The position numbers and the translations under genes are program-made. The notes beneath the pieces are model-generated. The model made no database searches. It was not told the origin of the DNA and saw only the letters and a list, made by a program, of their open reading frames with translations. Below are positions 8,712-17,171 of a DNA stretch of 64,000 bases, one piece after another. The stretch lies in NCBI GenBank assembly GCA_038133485.1, contig JAYPTH010000002.1, forward strand, positions 13,899 through 77,898. The letters run 5' to 3'. How positions within the stretch are numbered: position 1 is the stretch's first letter; every line of letters starts with the position of its first letter. The stretch comes from Gammaproteobacteria bacterium. GTDB lineage: Bacteria; Pseudomonadota; Gammaproteobacteria; Magnimaribacterales; TMED112.

Positions 8712-10431
8712 GCCCATCCCTTGTCTTGTAGGTTTTGGGGGGATAACTCCTGCTGGACGTGCATCACATAATCTTAGCTACTCTAGAATGATCTATGGAA
8801 TGGAGTCTGAGGAAAATAAGCTGAACTACCTTAAATCTGTTTTATCGCTATGTGGGCTTATTGATAAAACTATTGAAACAGCGGACATCAATCAATTCAT
8901 TGAAGACAAGGAACAAGAAGTTCTAGAAAATACTTTAATGAGAAAATTGGACTATGATTTCTTTAGAGAAACGTTCTGGACATATGATTATGAGATGCCA
9001 GCAAATGCTTGTGGCCAATTGCCTTTTCAATTAGATCCAGTTAAACATTACGCTTCTCGTCAGCACCCTAAGGCTTTAGGTATGTCTATTCTGGGAATTG
9101 CCGATGCAATTTCAGACACTGGTCTTGATCTAAAAAATAAGATTGATCAATACGGTAGAGACAAGGTTGGATGTTTTGCAGGTTGCGCAGTCATGAATAT
9201 GGATAGATATTCAGGGGATGGATTGTTTGCATCTTATCCATTAGGACAAAGAGCTACTTCGAAACATATCTCATTTACTTTACCTGAAATGACTGCAGAT
9301 TTTATAAATGCTTATGTTACAGGAAGTCTCGGTATTACAGGACACTTTATAGGGGCCTGCGCGACCTCACTATACAATTTGAATGCTGGAGTAGAGCTAA
9401 TCAAAAGTGGTAAGAGTGAGCTTGTTATTGTTGGTGCAGCTGAAGCAATCCTAGGGCCACCAGCATATATTGGTTTCAGCGCCATGGGAGCTATGGCAAC
9501 AGATCAAAGGATGAAAGATCTACAAGCCTTACTTGGAGAAGGCGAAGAATTAAATTATAAAAACTTTTGCCGACCATTCGGAGACAATATGGGTATGGTT
9601 TGCGGTGAATCTGCAGGTTTTGCAATATTGATGAGCGATAGATTGGCTCTTGAAACTGGAGCAAATATTAGAGGATCATTCTTAAATGTGAACATCAATG
9701 CAGATGGAAATAAAAAATCAATTTCTGGTCCAGGTGCAGGAAATTATTTTTCAGTAGGCAAGACCTTTAAAGACATTGAAAAAGTTTTTGGAGACGAAGT
9801 TCTTAGAAACCAATCCTCTTTTATAGCCCATGGTACAGGGACACCTCTAAATAGAATTACTGAATCTCATATAATGTCTACCTTTGCAAAAGAATTCAAA
9901 GTTAAAGATATGCCTGTCACATCTGTCAAATCTAAACTAGGACACACAATGGGAACAGCTGGCATGGATCAGATTTGGTCAGCACTAGGGGCTTTAGAGT
10001 CACAAAAACTTACTGGAATTTGTACTATACCTAAGTTAGCAGATGACGTGTTCACAGAAAACTTAAATTACTTCCTTGAAGACGGAGAATTTGATACAAA
10101 AAAAGATATTGTTTTCTTAAATTCCAAAGGGTTTGGTGGCAATAATGCCACTTCAGCTTTGATCTCTCAAGACCTTACTATGGAACTTTTAAATAAAAGA
10201 TTTAGTAATTCTGAAATTACTAAATGGAAAAAATCACAGGAAAAAACTCTTGAAACCAGAGCTGTAAATAGAGAAATGGCAATAAATAATGAGATTGAGC
10301 CAATATATGAATTTGATAAAGATGTTTTGGATCTATCTGATTTAAGTATCTCTCGAACAAATATTAAAACTTCAACTGGGTTTGACTATAAACTTGAGTC
10401 AGATCTTGGAGATGAAGATTTTTCCTCTTAA
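8701..10431 (+). CDS. fabY: FabY-type beta-ketoacyl-ACP synthase (long KAS I/II-like condensing enzyme)
   Basis: The track ORF starts at 8680, but the ATG at 8701 gives MNNKPIPCLVGFGGITPAGR. That matches my recollection of the FabY (P. aeruginosa PA5174) N-terminus. Active-site Cys context GACATSLYNL, His motifs HGTGTP and KLGHTMG, C-terminal NSKGFGGNNA. About 577 aa, far longer than FabB/FabF. Confidence 0.6.
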   Translation: MNNKPIPCLVGFGGITPAGRASHNLSYSRMIYGMESEENKLNYLKSVLSLCGLIDKTIETADINQFIEDKEQEVLENTLMRKLDYDFFRETFWTYDYEMPANACGQLPFQLDPVKHYASRQHPKALGMSILGIADAISDTGLDLKNKIDQYGRDKVGCFAGCAVMNMDRYSGDGLFASYPLGQRATSKHISFTLPEMTADFINAYVTGSLGITGHFIGACATSLYNLNAGVELIKSGKSELVIVGAAEAILGPPAYIGFSAMGAMATDQRMKDLQALLGEGEELNYKNFCRPFGDNMGMVCGESAGFAILMSDRLALETGANIRGSFLNVNINADGNKKSISGPGAGNYFSVGKTFKDIEKVFGDEVLRNQSSFIAHGTGTPLNRITESHIMSTFAKEFKVKDMPVTSVKSKLGHTMGTAGMDQIWSALGALESQKLTGICTIPKLADDVFTENLNYFLEDGEFDTKKDIVFLNSKGFGGNNATSALISQDLTMELLNKRFSNSEITKWKKSQEKTLETRAVNREMAINNEIEPIYEFDKDVLDLSDLSISRTNIKTSTGFDYKLESDLGDEDFSS

Positions 10432-11426
10432 CCTTCTAATTCAATATCCTTTTGAATCATCTTGCTTCTAAATATATTTTTGGCATCATCTAAGCTTTTA
10501 GGTGAGCTATAGAGAGATATTAAAAAATCTAGAATTTTAAGTTTAAGACCTATCCTTTTAGCCTCTTTATGAACAATTATTGATGTTAGGTACCCTTCAA
10601 CAGTATCGTTTACTTTATTGAGCGACTCGTTGACTGAAAAATCTTGGGCTAAGAATGTTCCAAATATATAATTTCTTGAATCCTTGGATAAGGCGGTTGA
10701 GAAAAAATCCCCTACTCCCGATAAGCCTAAAAATGTTGCTGGATTTGCGCCTTTTGCTTCACTAAATATTCTCATTTCTTCCAAGCATTTTGTTAGAAGC
10801 AATCCAATAGTATTTTCCCCAACCCCTTTTTGATGAAAATATCCTGAAACTATGGCGTATATATTTTTTAAAGCTCCGCCCATCTCAACTCCATTTAAAT
10901 CCATGCTGTAGTAAGGAACAAAATATTCATTACTTAAAGCCTCACCCAGCTTTATTAAAGTTTTCTTATTTTTCCCAGCTAAGACAGTCCCGGTTAACTC
11001 ATAATTACCAAGCTCTTTTGATAGATTGGGCCCGCTTAAAACCACCAATCTCTCATCAGGTATTCCGTAATCTGAAGAAAGTATTTCAGTTACCAGTTTG
11101 CCAGAACTCTCTTCAAATCCCTTTATGCAGCTAACTAATATTTGGTTTTTAATGTGGGGTTTAATACTATCCATAACTTTTCTAAAATCCCTGCTGGAAA
11201 TTGAGAATAATATATAAGTAACTGAGCTCAAATCACCTGGATCAGTGGTAGCAGTAATATTGCTTTTAGAATGAAATTCAAAGCCTGAGGTGCTTTTCTT
11301 TTCTGTGTTTATAGAATTGACTTCAGCATCTCTTCTAGAAAAAATTAAAACATCATGACCATTGTCACCCGCAATTTGTGCCAGGACTCTGCCAAATTTT
11401 CCAGAACCTACTATTCCTATTTTCAT
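10428..11426 (-). CDS. gpsA: NAD(P)H-dependent glycerol-3-phosphate dehydrogenase family protein (divergent GpsA)
   Basis: 332 aa. N-terminal Rossmann motif IGIVGSGKFG, plus GPNLSKE, GGALKNIYAIVSG and GLSGVGDFFSTALSKDSRN. These parallel the GpsA motifs, although the N-terminal glycine motif is atypical. Confidence 0.7.
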   Translation of the reverse strand: MKIGIVGSGKFGRVLAQIAGDNGHDVLIFSRRDAEVNSINTEKKSTSGFEFHSKSNITATTDPGDLSSVTYILFSISSRDFRKVMDSIKPHIKNQILVSCIKGFEESSGKLVTEILSSDYGIPDERLVVLSGPNLSKELGNYELTGTVLAGKNKKTLIKLGEALSNEYFVPYYSMDLNGVEMGGALKNIYAIVSGYFHQKGVGENTIGLLLTKCLEEMRIFSEAKGANPATFLGLSGVGDFFSTALSKDSRNYIFGTFLAQDFSVNESLNKVNDTVEGYLTSIIVHKEAKRIGLKLKILDFLISLYSSPKSLDDAKNIFRSKMIQKDIELEG

Positions 11427-12397
11427 TTATCTTTATCAGAGCCTGAATCCCATCGAATAAAATAAGATTTTTCTTTGCTGGAAGCAAAATAAGTGCGGCT
11501 TAGAATTTCTCCAATAACACCAAGACTTATAAACTGGACCCCAACAACCAACAAGATAGTACCTGCTATCAAGAGCGGTCTATCACCAATATCTAAGCCA
11601 TAAAAAATCTTAAGTGATGCCAAGTAAGCTAGAACCAAAGTTCCAATAAAACTTAATACAAGACCTATAAATCCAAAGAAATGGCCAGGCCTACTGAAAA
11701 ATCTCATAAAAAAGTAAACAGAGATTAAGTCTAGAAATACTCTAAATGTTCTTGATAGACCATATTTAGAAACCCCTGCAACCCTTGGATGATGACTAAC
11801 TTCAATTTCAGCTATTTTATGAGGTGGAATTTTGGTAGCCATCCAAGCAGGTATAAATCTATGCATTTCTCCATAAAGCTTAACTTCATTAAGTATTTCA
11901 GAGTTGTATGCTTTTAAGCTACAGCCGTAATCATTTAATTTAACTTTTGTGATTGCCCCTATCAGATTATTGGCTATCATTGATGGCAGATTCCTCATAA
12001 AGAAATTATCTTTTCGCTGCTTTCTCCAGCCAACAACAAGGTCCAAATCATCATCAATGAGCTTTCTTAGAATCAATGGAATATCTTTAGGATCATTTTG
12101 CAGATCACTGTCGAGAGTAACATAGTATCTGCCGTTAGCATTGTCAAAGCCAGCCTGTATAGCAGGAGTTTGGCCAAAATTTTTTGATAAGGATATTACT
12201 CTAATATGTTGGTTCCTATCGCTATGCGCTTTTAACTTTTCAAGTGAGCCATCATTGCTGCCATCATCTACAAGTATCAATTCCCAAGACCATGCATGAG
12301 TCGACATTGTCTCCTCAATTGAAGAGATAAAAGCATCCACATTCTCTTTTTCGTTATAAATTGGCGAAATTATTGAAACGTCTAAATTATTTTTCAT
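11423..12397 (-). CDS. GT2 polyprenyl-phosphate glycosyltransferase (ArnC / RgtE / DPM1-like)
   Basis: 324 aa. GT-A catalytic region ISPIYNEKEN, VDDGSNDGS and DSDLQNDP, followed by two C-terminal TM helices. This is the ArnC/GtrB architecture. Confidence 0.8.
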   Translation of the reverse strand: MKNNLDVSIISPIYNEKENVDAFISSIEETMSTHAWSWELILVDDGSNDGSLEKLKAHSDRNQHIRVISLSKNFGQTPAIQAGFDNANGRYYVTLDSDLQNDPKDIPLILRKLIDDDLDLVVGWRKQRKDNFFMRNLPSMIANNLIGAITKVKLNDYGCSLKAYNSEILNEVKLYGEMHRFIPAWMATKIPPHKIAEIEVSHHPRVAGVSKYGLSRTFRVFLDLISVYFFMRFFSRPGHFFGFIGLVLSFIGTLVLAYLASLKIFYGLDIGDRPLLIAGTILLVVGVQFISLGVIGEILSRTYFASSKEKSYFIRWDSGSDKDK

Positions 12398-12918
12398 CTG
12401 AAATTTTTATAAACATTATAGAAAATTATCCCAAGGATTATACCTATTGCGGCCCCAATAACTACTTGGCTTAATAAATGTTTAATTAAATAAACTCTGG
12501 ATAGAGCAACCGCAGCAGCAGTTAAATATAGAATTATTGTTAGCAATTTCTTTCTGGTTAGAAAATAAACTAAAGTAGCAAACAGAAAAAAATTCAATGC
12601 ATGATTTGAAGGCATTCCAGTAAGTCTTGAACCGCATGGTTCCTCAAGAATATTTGCTTGTGAGAATAACTCAAAATAATTAAAGCAAGGTCTCGCCTCT
12701 TGAATTAAATCTTTTAGTTGGGCTCCTATAAAATCACCTATGATTAAAGCAATAAATACAAATAAAAGGTCGCGATATCTTTTATTTAAAATCATAAACA
12801 CGGAAAAAATAGCAAATAAAGAAAATGAGAATAAGCGGCCAGATATAAACGTAAAACCAGCTTCTAAAAATTTGAAATCTGCTAGCCAAAATGAAAAAAC
12901 TAAATCTAAATTCATCAT
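12394..12918 (-). CDS. PAP2 superfamily membrane phosphatase
   Basis: 174 aa polytopic protein. Acid-phosphatase motifs are QEARP (KxxxxxxRP-like), PSNH (PSGH-like) and SRVYLIKHxxxQ. The last motif has Q where Asp is usual, so it is a degenerate member. Confidence 0.65.
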   Translation of the reverse strand: MMNLDLVFSFWLADFKFLEAGFTFISGRLFSFSLFAIFSVFMILNKRYRDLLFVFIALIIGDFIGAQLKDLIQEARPCFNYFELFSQANILEEPCGSRLTGMPSNHALNFFLFATLVYFLTRKKLLTIILYLTAAAVALSRVYLIKHLLSQVVIGAAIGIILGIIFYNVYKNFR

Positions 12919-13607
12919 ATGTAATCAAAGACTTCAATAAAAAAGACTCCATACCAAGCAAAAACAACAATTAACCAAGAGGCATAATTTGCTAATTTTG
13001 CCTTAGCAAAGCCATAGAAGTATTTCAAACCATATTCAGTAAATAACCAAGCAAAAAGAAAACTGCCAATAATGTCAGACAACCAATGAGCACCAACGAT
13101 GACCCTTGTTAGCCCAACAATTATGGCAAATAGAAAAAAAGATAGCTTAAGGACTTTATGTTTTTTAGTATCTTTGAGTGCAATATTTAACCAGATAAAA
13201 ATTATGATAAAGATTGATGCAGCATGCCCGCTTGGAAATGCACCCGACTGAAATACTGGATCTAAGAAATCTATATTTATATCCTCTACTCCTCCAGGCC
13301 TGGGCAGATTGAATATATTTTTTATTGAATGAATAAATAAACCAAAAATTAAACTTGGAACTACCATCATGCTAATTGGAACATCATTTATCCCAGGATT
13401 AATTCTCGAATAAATAACTAAAGCTGGTATTAAAAATGCAGTAATGAAAAATGCGTTACCTATTTCAGTTACAAATGCGAGAATTTGTTTATCAAAAAAT
13501 AAATTATTGAGAAGCTGAACAATCATCACCTCAATGGAGTGGTTAAATTTTAAATACATGATTATTGCTGCAAGAAGCAACATTATAAAATTAGTTTTAG
13601 AAAACAT
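12915..13607 (-). CDS. PAP2 superfamily membrane phosphatase (LpxE/LpxF-like candidate)
   Basis: 230 aa polytopic protein with the complete tripartite motif: NLPRPGG, PSGHAA and TRVIVGAHWLSD. Confidence 0.8.
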   Translation of the reverse strand: MFSKTNFIMLLLAAIIMYLKFNHSIEVMIVQLLNNLFFDKQILAFVTEIGNAFFITAFLIPALVIYSRINPGINDVPISMMVVPSLIFGLFIHSIKNIFNLPRPGGVEDINIDFLDPVFQSGAFPSGHAASIFIIIFIWLNIALKDTKKHKVLKLSFFLFAIIVGLTRVIVGAHWLSDIIGSFLFAWLFTEYGLKYFYGFAKAKLANYASWLIVVFAWYGVFFIEVFDYI

Positions 13608-15144
13608 TATTGTTTACCCTCAACAGCACATAATTGCCCTGACGTTCAATGATCTCAAAATTTGATATCTCAACTTTATCAATTCTTGAAATAAAGTATT
13701 CCATGTCTTCTTTGTCTCTAAGATAATCAGAATTTGAGTAGTACGAAAGAGTGGGCTTATTGATGCGATTTACTGAAAACTCAATATTATTTTCTTTCGC
13801 ATATAACCCTAAAGCCTTTAGATCAGCTTGCATTACTTTTGCTGCGGTAGGCAATATAAAGACAGACAGCAAAAATGCTTGAAATAATGCAGTAAATCGA
13901 ATCCCCTTAATTAATTTTACTTTAGCTTTGGCTAGAAAAAATAAATATACAATACCTGCACCACAAAAAATTAAATAGGCATAGTTGCTCGAAAATTGTT
14001 GAATATAAATGGCTGAAGCCTCATATGATGGGTCGAGGTTAAAGACATATTCAAAAAGAAAAGGCACACTTGCATAAATAATGAACATTAATGCATGAGG
14101 GATAAAGTTGCTTATCCTATATGCTTTATTTCCATTTGTAGAAAAGTGTTTTTCTATAAAATAAATCGCTGGTGTTAGACCATATATAAGATAATGAGGC
14201 AACTTAGTTGATGAAAATGAGAAAAATATAAACACCCATAAGAACCATGCTAAACAAAATATATCTATAGGTTTAATTTCAGATAATGCTCTTCTTATTC
14301 CATTTATTAAATTTAAAAAATAAGGGAATACTAACAAAGGCAACAACAGCAAATAATAGAATATACTGCCAGAATGACTTTCCATCGTATCTGAAAATCT
14401 TCCAAAAGACTGACCTAACAACAAATACTGAATGCTTTCACCTCCTTCTCTGAGGTAAAGGACTACAAACCATGGTGCTGCAATAAGTAAAAAAATAAAC
14501 CAAGCTTTCATATTCATAATTGCAGAAAAGAAAGCATTCAGTTTCTGTGTAAAAAGAAAATAAATAAGTGCTGCAGGTCCAGTGACAGCCAAAATAGCAA
14601 AGCCTTTAGTTAAAAAACCCAACCCAACAAATAATGCCGCCAAAAGTAGATCCCTCTCGTTATTATGTTGTGAAAATTTGTATAGACTCACCATAACTAG
14701 GCATATGAATAGATTTAAAAATGCATCGGCAGTTGCAACTACCGACATAACTAGAACTCCAGGGAAGGTAAGCAAAGTGAAGATAAAATTTTTAGATTTT
14801 GCATTTGGAACAAAACTTTTAGCGAAGCTTCCAAAGCAATACGCCCAAATTAATGATGCTACCAATGAAGGCAACCTTAATGAAAATTCAGATGCTCCAA
14901 ACAATGAAATTGAGCTCATTTGAATCCAATATGTCAGAATTGGTTTTTCTAATCTTATTGTCTCTCCAAGATAAGGAATAAAAAAATTACTATCTCTTAA
15001 CATCTGAAGAGAGGTTGCTGCAAAGGCTCCCTCATCGTAATCAGTTAAAGATAAAAAAAGGATGGTAGTGTAGAGAAAGAGCAGTAGTGGTAAAAAGTAT
15101 TTTTTATTTAGTAGATCCATTTTTTGATCTCTTACACCTTTCAC
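13597..15144 (-). CDS. ArnT / PMT-type (GT-C fold) lipid-linked sugar transferase
   Basis: 515 aa with about 11-12 TM segments. N-terminal DEGAFA loop and EKPILTYW motif are typical of ArnT/GT83-GT39 enzymes. An alternative start MDLLNKKYF lies at 15120. Confidence 0.75.
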   Translation of the reverse strand: MKGVRDQKMDLLNKKYFLPLLLFLYTTILFLSLTDYDEGAFAATSLQMLRDSNFFIPYLGETIRLEKPILTYWIQMSSISLFGASEFSLRLPSLVASLIWAYCFGSFAKSFVPNAKSKNFIFTLLTFPGVLVMSVVATADAFLNLFICLVMVSLYKFSQHNNERDLLLAALFVGLGFLTKGFAILAVTGPAALIYFLFTQKLNAFFSAIMNMKAWFIFLLIAAPWFVVLYLREGGESIQYLLLGQSFGRFSDTMESHSGSIFYYLLLLPLLVFPYFLNLINGIRRALSEIKPIDIFCLAWFLWVFIFFSFSSTKLPHYLIYGLTPAIYFIEKHFSTNGNKAYRISNFIPHALMFIIYASVPFLFEYVFNLDPSYEASAIYIQQFSSNYAYLIFCGAGIVYLFFLAKAKVKLIKGIRFTALFQAFLLSVFILPTAAKVMQADLKALGLYAKENNIEFSVNRINKPTLSYYSNSDYLRDKEDMEYFISRIDKVEISNFEIIERQGNYVLLRVNNNVF

Positions 15145-15243
15145 TACAGTAAATCACATTTTCCCAATCTCTGCTCCATTTTTTTCTCCAAGTAAAATAT
15201 CTGTTGCATATAGGGCATAGTTTTTTTTGGAGATTAATTTTTT

Positions 15244-15672
15244 TCAAATCTGTAGAAACTTTTCTATTAAAAAGTACAGAGCAATGAAGGAAGTAGCCGC
15301 TAAAATTGCAACGCTAAAGGCATGCATAAATTTAAAGAAGTTTGATGAATTATCAATTTTGGTATTGTCGATTATTAGCCCTAAAAAGAAATTGAATACA
15401 TTAAAACCAAGCAAAATTAACATTGTGATATTTTTGCCACTACTCCAGAGCAATTCATATTCTGGAAGAAGAAAAAAATAAATAACCCCAATATAAAATG
15501 AAAGCATAAGGATCAAGAAAAGGTTAAATCTTAAAAAATAAGACTTTAGAAAAAACCTTAAAGCATCCTTGTCTAGGCTATTTCTCGCGGCTGGACTAAC
15601 AACTAAAGGAGTCGCCCAAATTGCACCCACAATAGCTGCGAGTATTGTTTGCAGTGTTATTTCAGCAATCAT
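15244..15672 (-). CDS. Small integral membrane protein, function unknown
   Basis: 142 aa with four predicted hydrophobic helices. It lies on the same strand directly upstream of the ArnT-like gene. Its ATG is only 8 nt after the tRNA-Asp CCA end. I recognise no family motif. Confidence 0.45.
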   Translation of the reverse strand: MIAEITLQTILAAIVGAIWATPLVVSPAARNSLDKDALRFFLKSYFLRFNLFLILMLSFYIGVIYFFLLPEYELLWSSGKNITMLILLGFNVFNFFLGLIIDNTKIDNSSNFFKFMHAFSVAILAATSFIALYFLIEKFLQI

Positions 15673-15680
15673 AATCTTAA

Positions 15681-15757
15681 TGGCGATCCGGAAGGGACTC
15701 GAACCCTCGACCTCCTGCGTGACAGGCAGGCATTCTAACCAACTGAACTACCGGACC
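15681..15757 (-). tRNA. tRNA-Asp (anticodon GTC)
   Basis: The reverse complement GGTCCGGTAGTTCAGTTGGTTAGAATGCCTGCCTGTCACGCAGGAGGTCGAGGGTTCGAGTCCCTTCCGGATCGCCA gives a cloverleaf with anticodon loop CTGTCAC. The track ORF 15569..15823 is a shadow. Confidence 0.93.
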
Positions 15758-15819
15758 GCAAGTTGTAGATTCTGGTACAAAATAAGAATATTTACAACTT
15801 TTTTCTTCTGTAAAGAAAG

Positions 15820-15847
15820 TTGAATTTTATAATCTGGTCTGTACAAT
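15820..15847 (+). promoter_or_regulatory. Candidate sigma70 promoter for proteorhodopsin (TTGAAT-N16-TACAAT)
   Basis: -35 TTGAAT at 15820-15825, a 16-nt spacer, and -10 TACAAT at 15842-15847, about 45 nt upstream of the ATG. This is a sequence match only, in an AT-rich background. Confidence 0.35.
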
Positions 15848-15891
15848 TATTCCGGTAAATTAAATTTACTTAATTAAAGGGGGAAAATCTA

Positions 15892-16593
15892 ATGGATTAT
15901 TTCTTAGCAACAGACGATTACGTCGGAGTGTCATTCTGGATAGCTACTGCTGTTATGGCAACTGGTGCATTATTCTTTTTCATGGAAAGAAGCACTGTTA
16001 AAGCTTCCTGGCAGACATCTTTGACTGTAGCTGCTCTTGTGTGTTTTGTCGCTTTTTGGCATTACCTATACATGAGAGATGTTTGGGTAGCAACAGGTGA
16101 ATCTCCAACAGTTTATAGATATATTGACTGGTTGGTGACTGTTCCTATGCAGATTGTAGAATTTTATCTGATTCTTTCAGCAGTTGTAGCTGTAAGTCTT
16201 GGAGTCTTCTGGAACTTGCTTGTAGCTGCTTTAGTAATGTTAGTTACCGGATATATGGGTGAGACAGGTTTAGCCGATGCAACTTTGATGTTTGCTGTAT
16301 CAATGGCTGCTTGGATTTATATCATCTATTACGTCTTTGCAGGTGAAGCTGCAAAAATTAAAGACGCAGCAGGTAATGAAGCATTAAGCTTCGCTTTTAA
16401 CGGAATTAAATGGATCGTAACCATTGGTTGGTCAATCTACCCAATTGGTTATTTCCTAGGTTACTTAGGTGGTGGTGTTGATGGCAATGCTCTTAACACA
16501 ATCTATAACCTTGCTGATTTAGTTAACAAATTCTTATTCGGACTTGTTATCTGGTATGCAGCAATGATGGATTCCGGAGTTAAAAAAGGCTAA
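15892..16593 (+). CDS. Proteorhodopsin, blue-absorbing type (Gln at the spectral tuning site)
   Basis: 233 aa, 7 TM. The helix C motif RYIDWLVTVPMQIVEFYL provides D97, T101 and E108 in eBAC31A08 numbering, from an alignment done from memory. Position 105 is Q. Also FWHY (His75) and the Schiff-base Lys in NLADLVNKFLFG. Strong RBS AAAGGGGGA. Confidence 0.95.
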   Translation: MDYFLATDDYVGVSFWIATAVMATGALFFFMERSTVKASWQTSLTVAALVCFVAFWHYLYMRDVWVATGESPTVYRYIDWLVTVPMQIVEFYLILSAVVAVSLGVFWNLLVAALVMLVTGYMGETGLADATLMFAVSMAAWIYIIYYVFAGEAAKIKDAAGNEALSFAFNGIKWIVTIGWSIYPIGYFLGYLGGGVDGNALNTIYNLADLVNKFLFGLVIWYAAMMDSGVKKG

Positions 16594-16614
16594 GCTTTTT
16601 TTAATTACAGACAG

Positions 16615-16639
16615 AGCCCGCGAAAGCGGGCTTTTTTTT
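16615..16639 (+). terminator. Rho-independent terminator after proteorhodopsin
   Basis: A 7-bp stem AGCCCGC / GCGGGCT with a GAAA tetraloop, followed by T8. The T tract overlaps the stop codon of the convergent thioesterase gene. Confidence 0.85.
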
Positions 16640-17057
16640 ACTTGATTTTTTTATGAACCAAAAAGGCTGTATGCAGTAAAGAAGTAGCAACTTGCCCTTC
16701 TGCATTAAAAATCTCTCCCTTAATAGAAGCTATATACTTTCCTTGTTTTATCAAGGTTGCTCTTGCTCTATACCTCCCCTTAGTTAAAGGCAAATGATGT
16801 GCTGAATGTAGATCTGTTGACGCAGTAAAAAGCTTTCCTTTTGTTTCATAGATTACCAATAATGAAGTTACATCATCTAGAAATGCAGTCATCATTCCAC
16901 CCTGCACTGTACCGTTGGGATTTAAAGTTGATTCATTGAATTCACCTTCTAGCTCCAGCACTCCTTTAGAATATTTAATAGGCTTGAAATTAAATAATTT
17001 GCCAGTTCCACCAAAGGTTTTATGGAATTTTAGATATTCTTTTAAATCTTCACCCAT
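16638..17057 (-). CDS. PaaI/hotdog-fold acyl-CoA thioesterase family protein
   Basis: 139 aa. NPNGTVQGGMMTAFLDDV matches the PaaI-type N..G..HGG...D motif with Q in place of H. Size and predicted beta-rich C-terminus are typical of the family. Confidence 0.65.
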   Translation of the reverse strand: MGEDLKEYLKFHKTFGGTGKLFNFKPIKYSKGVLELEGEFNESTLNPNGTVQGGMMTAFLDDVTSLLVIYETKGKLFTASTDLHSAHHLPLTKGRYRARATLIKQGKYIASIKGEIFNAEGQVATSLLHTAFLVHKKIK

Positions 17058-17066
17058 AATTTAATT

Positions 17067-17143
17067 TGGTGCGAGTTGTAGGATTCGAACCTACGACCCC
17101 CTGCTTGTAAGGCAGGTGCTCTAACCAACTGAGCTAAACTCGC
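17067..17143 (-). tRNA. tRNA-Val (anticodon TAC)
   Basis: The reverse complement GCGAGTTTAGCTCAGTTGGTTAGAGCACCTGCCTTACAAGCAGGGGGTCGTAGGTTCGAATCCTACAACTCGCACCA gives a cloverleaf with anticodon loop CTTACAA. Confidence 0.93.
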
Positions 17144-17171
17144 AGTGGACAATAGAATATAATAATTTCTT

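Noticed and set aside
15681-17143. Proteorhodopsin region as an integrated genomic island.
   Set aside because: tRNA genes flank it, but I found no integrase, no duplicated tRNA 3' fragment and no direct repeats. The flanking tRNAs are complete. I kept it only as a composition and synteny question in the findings.
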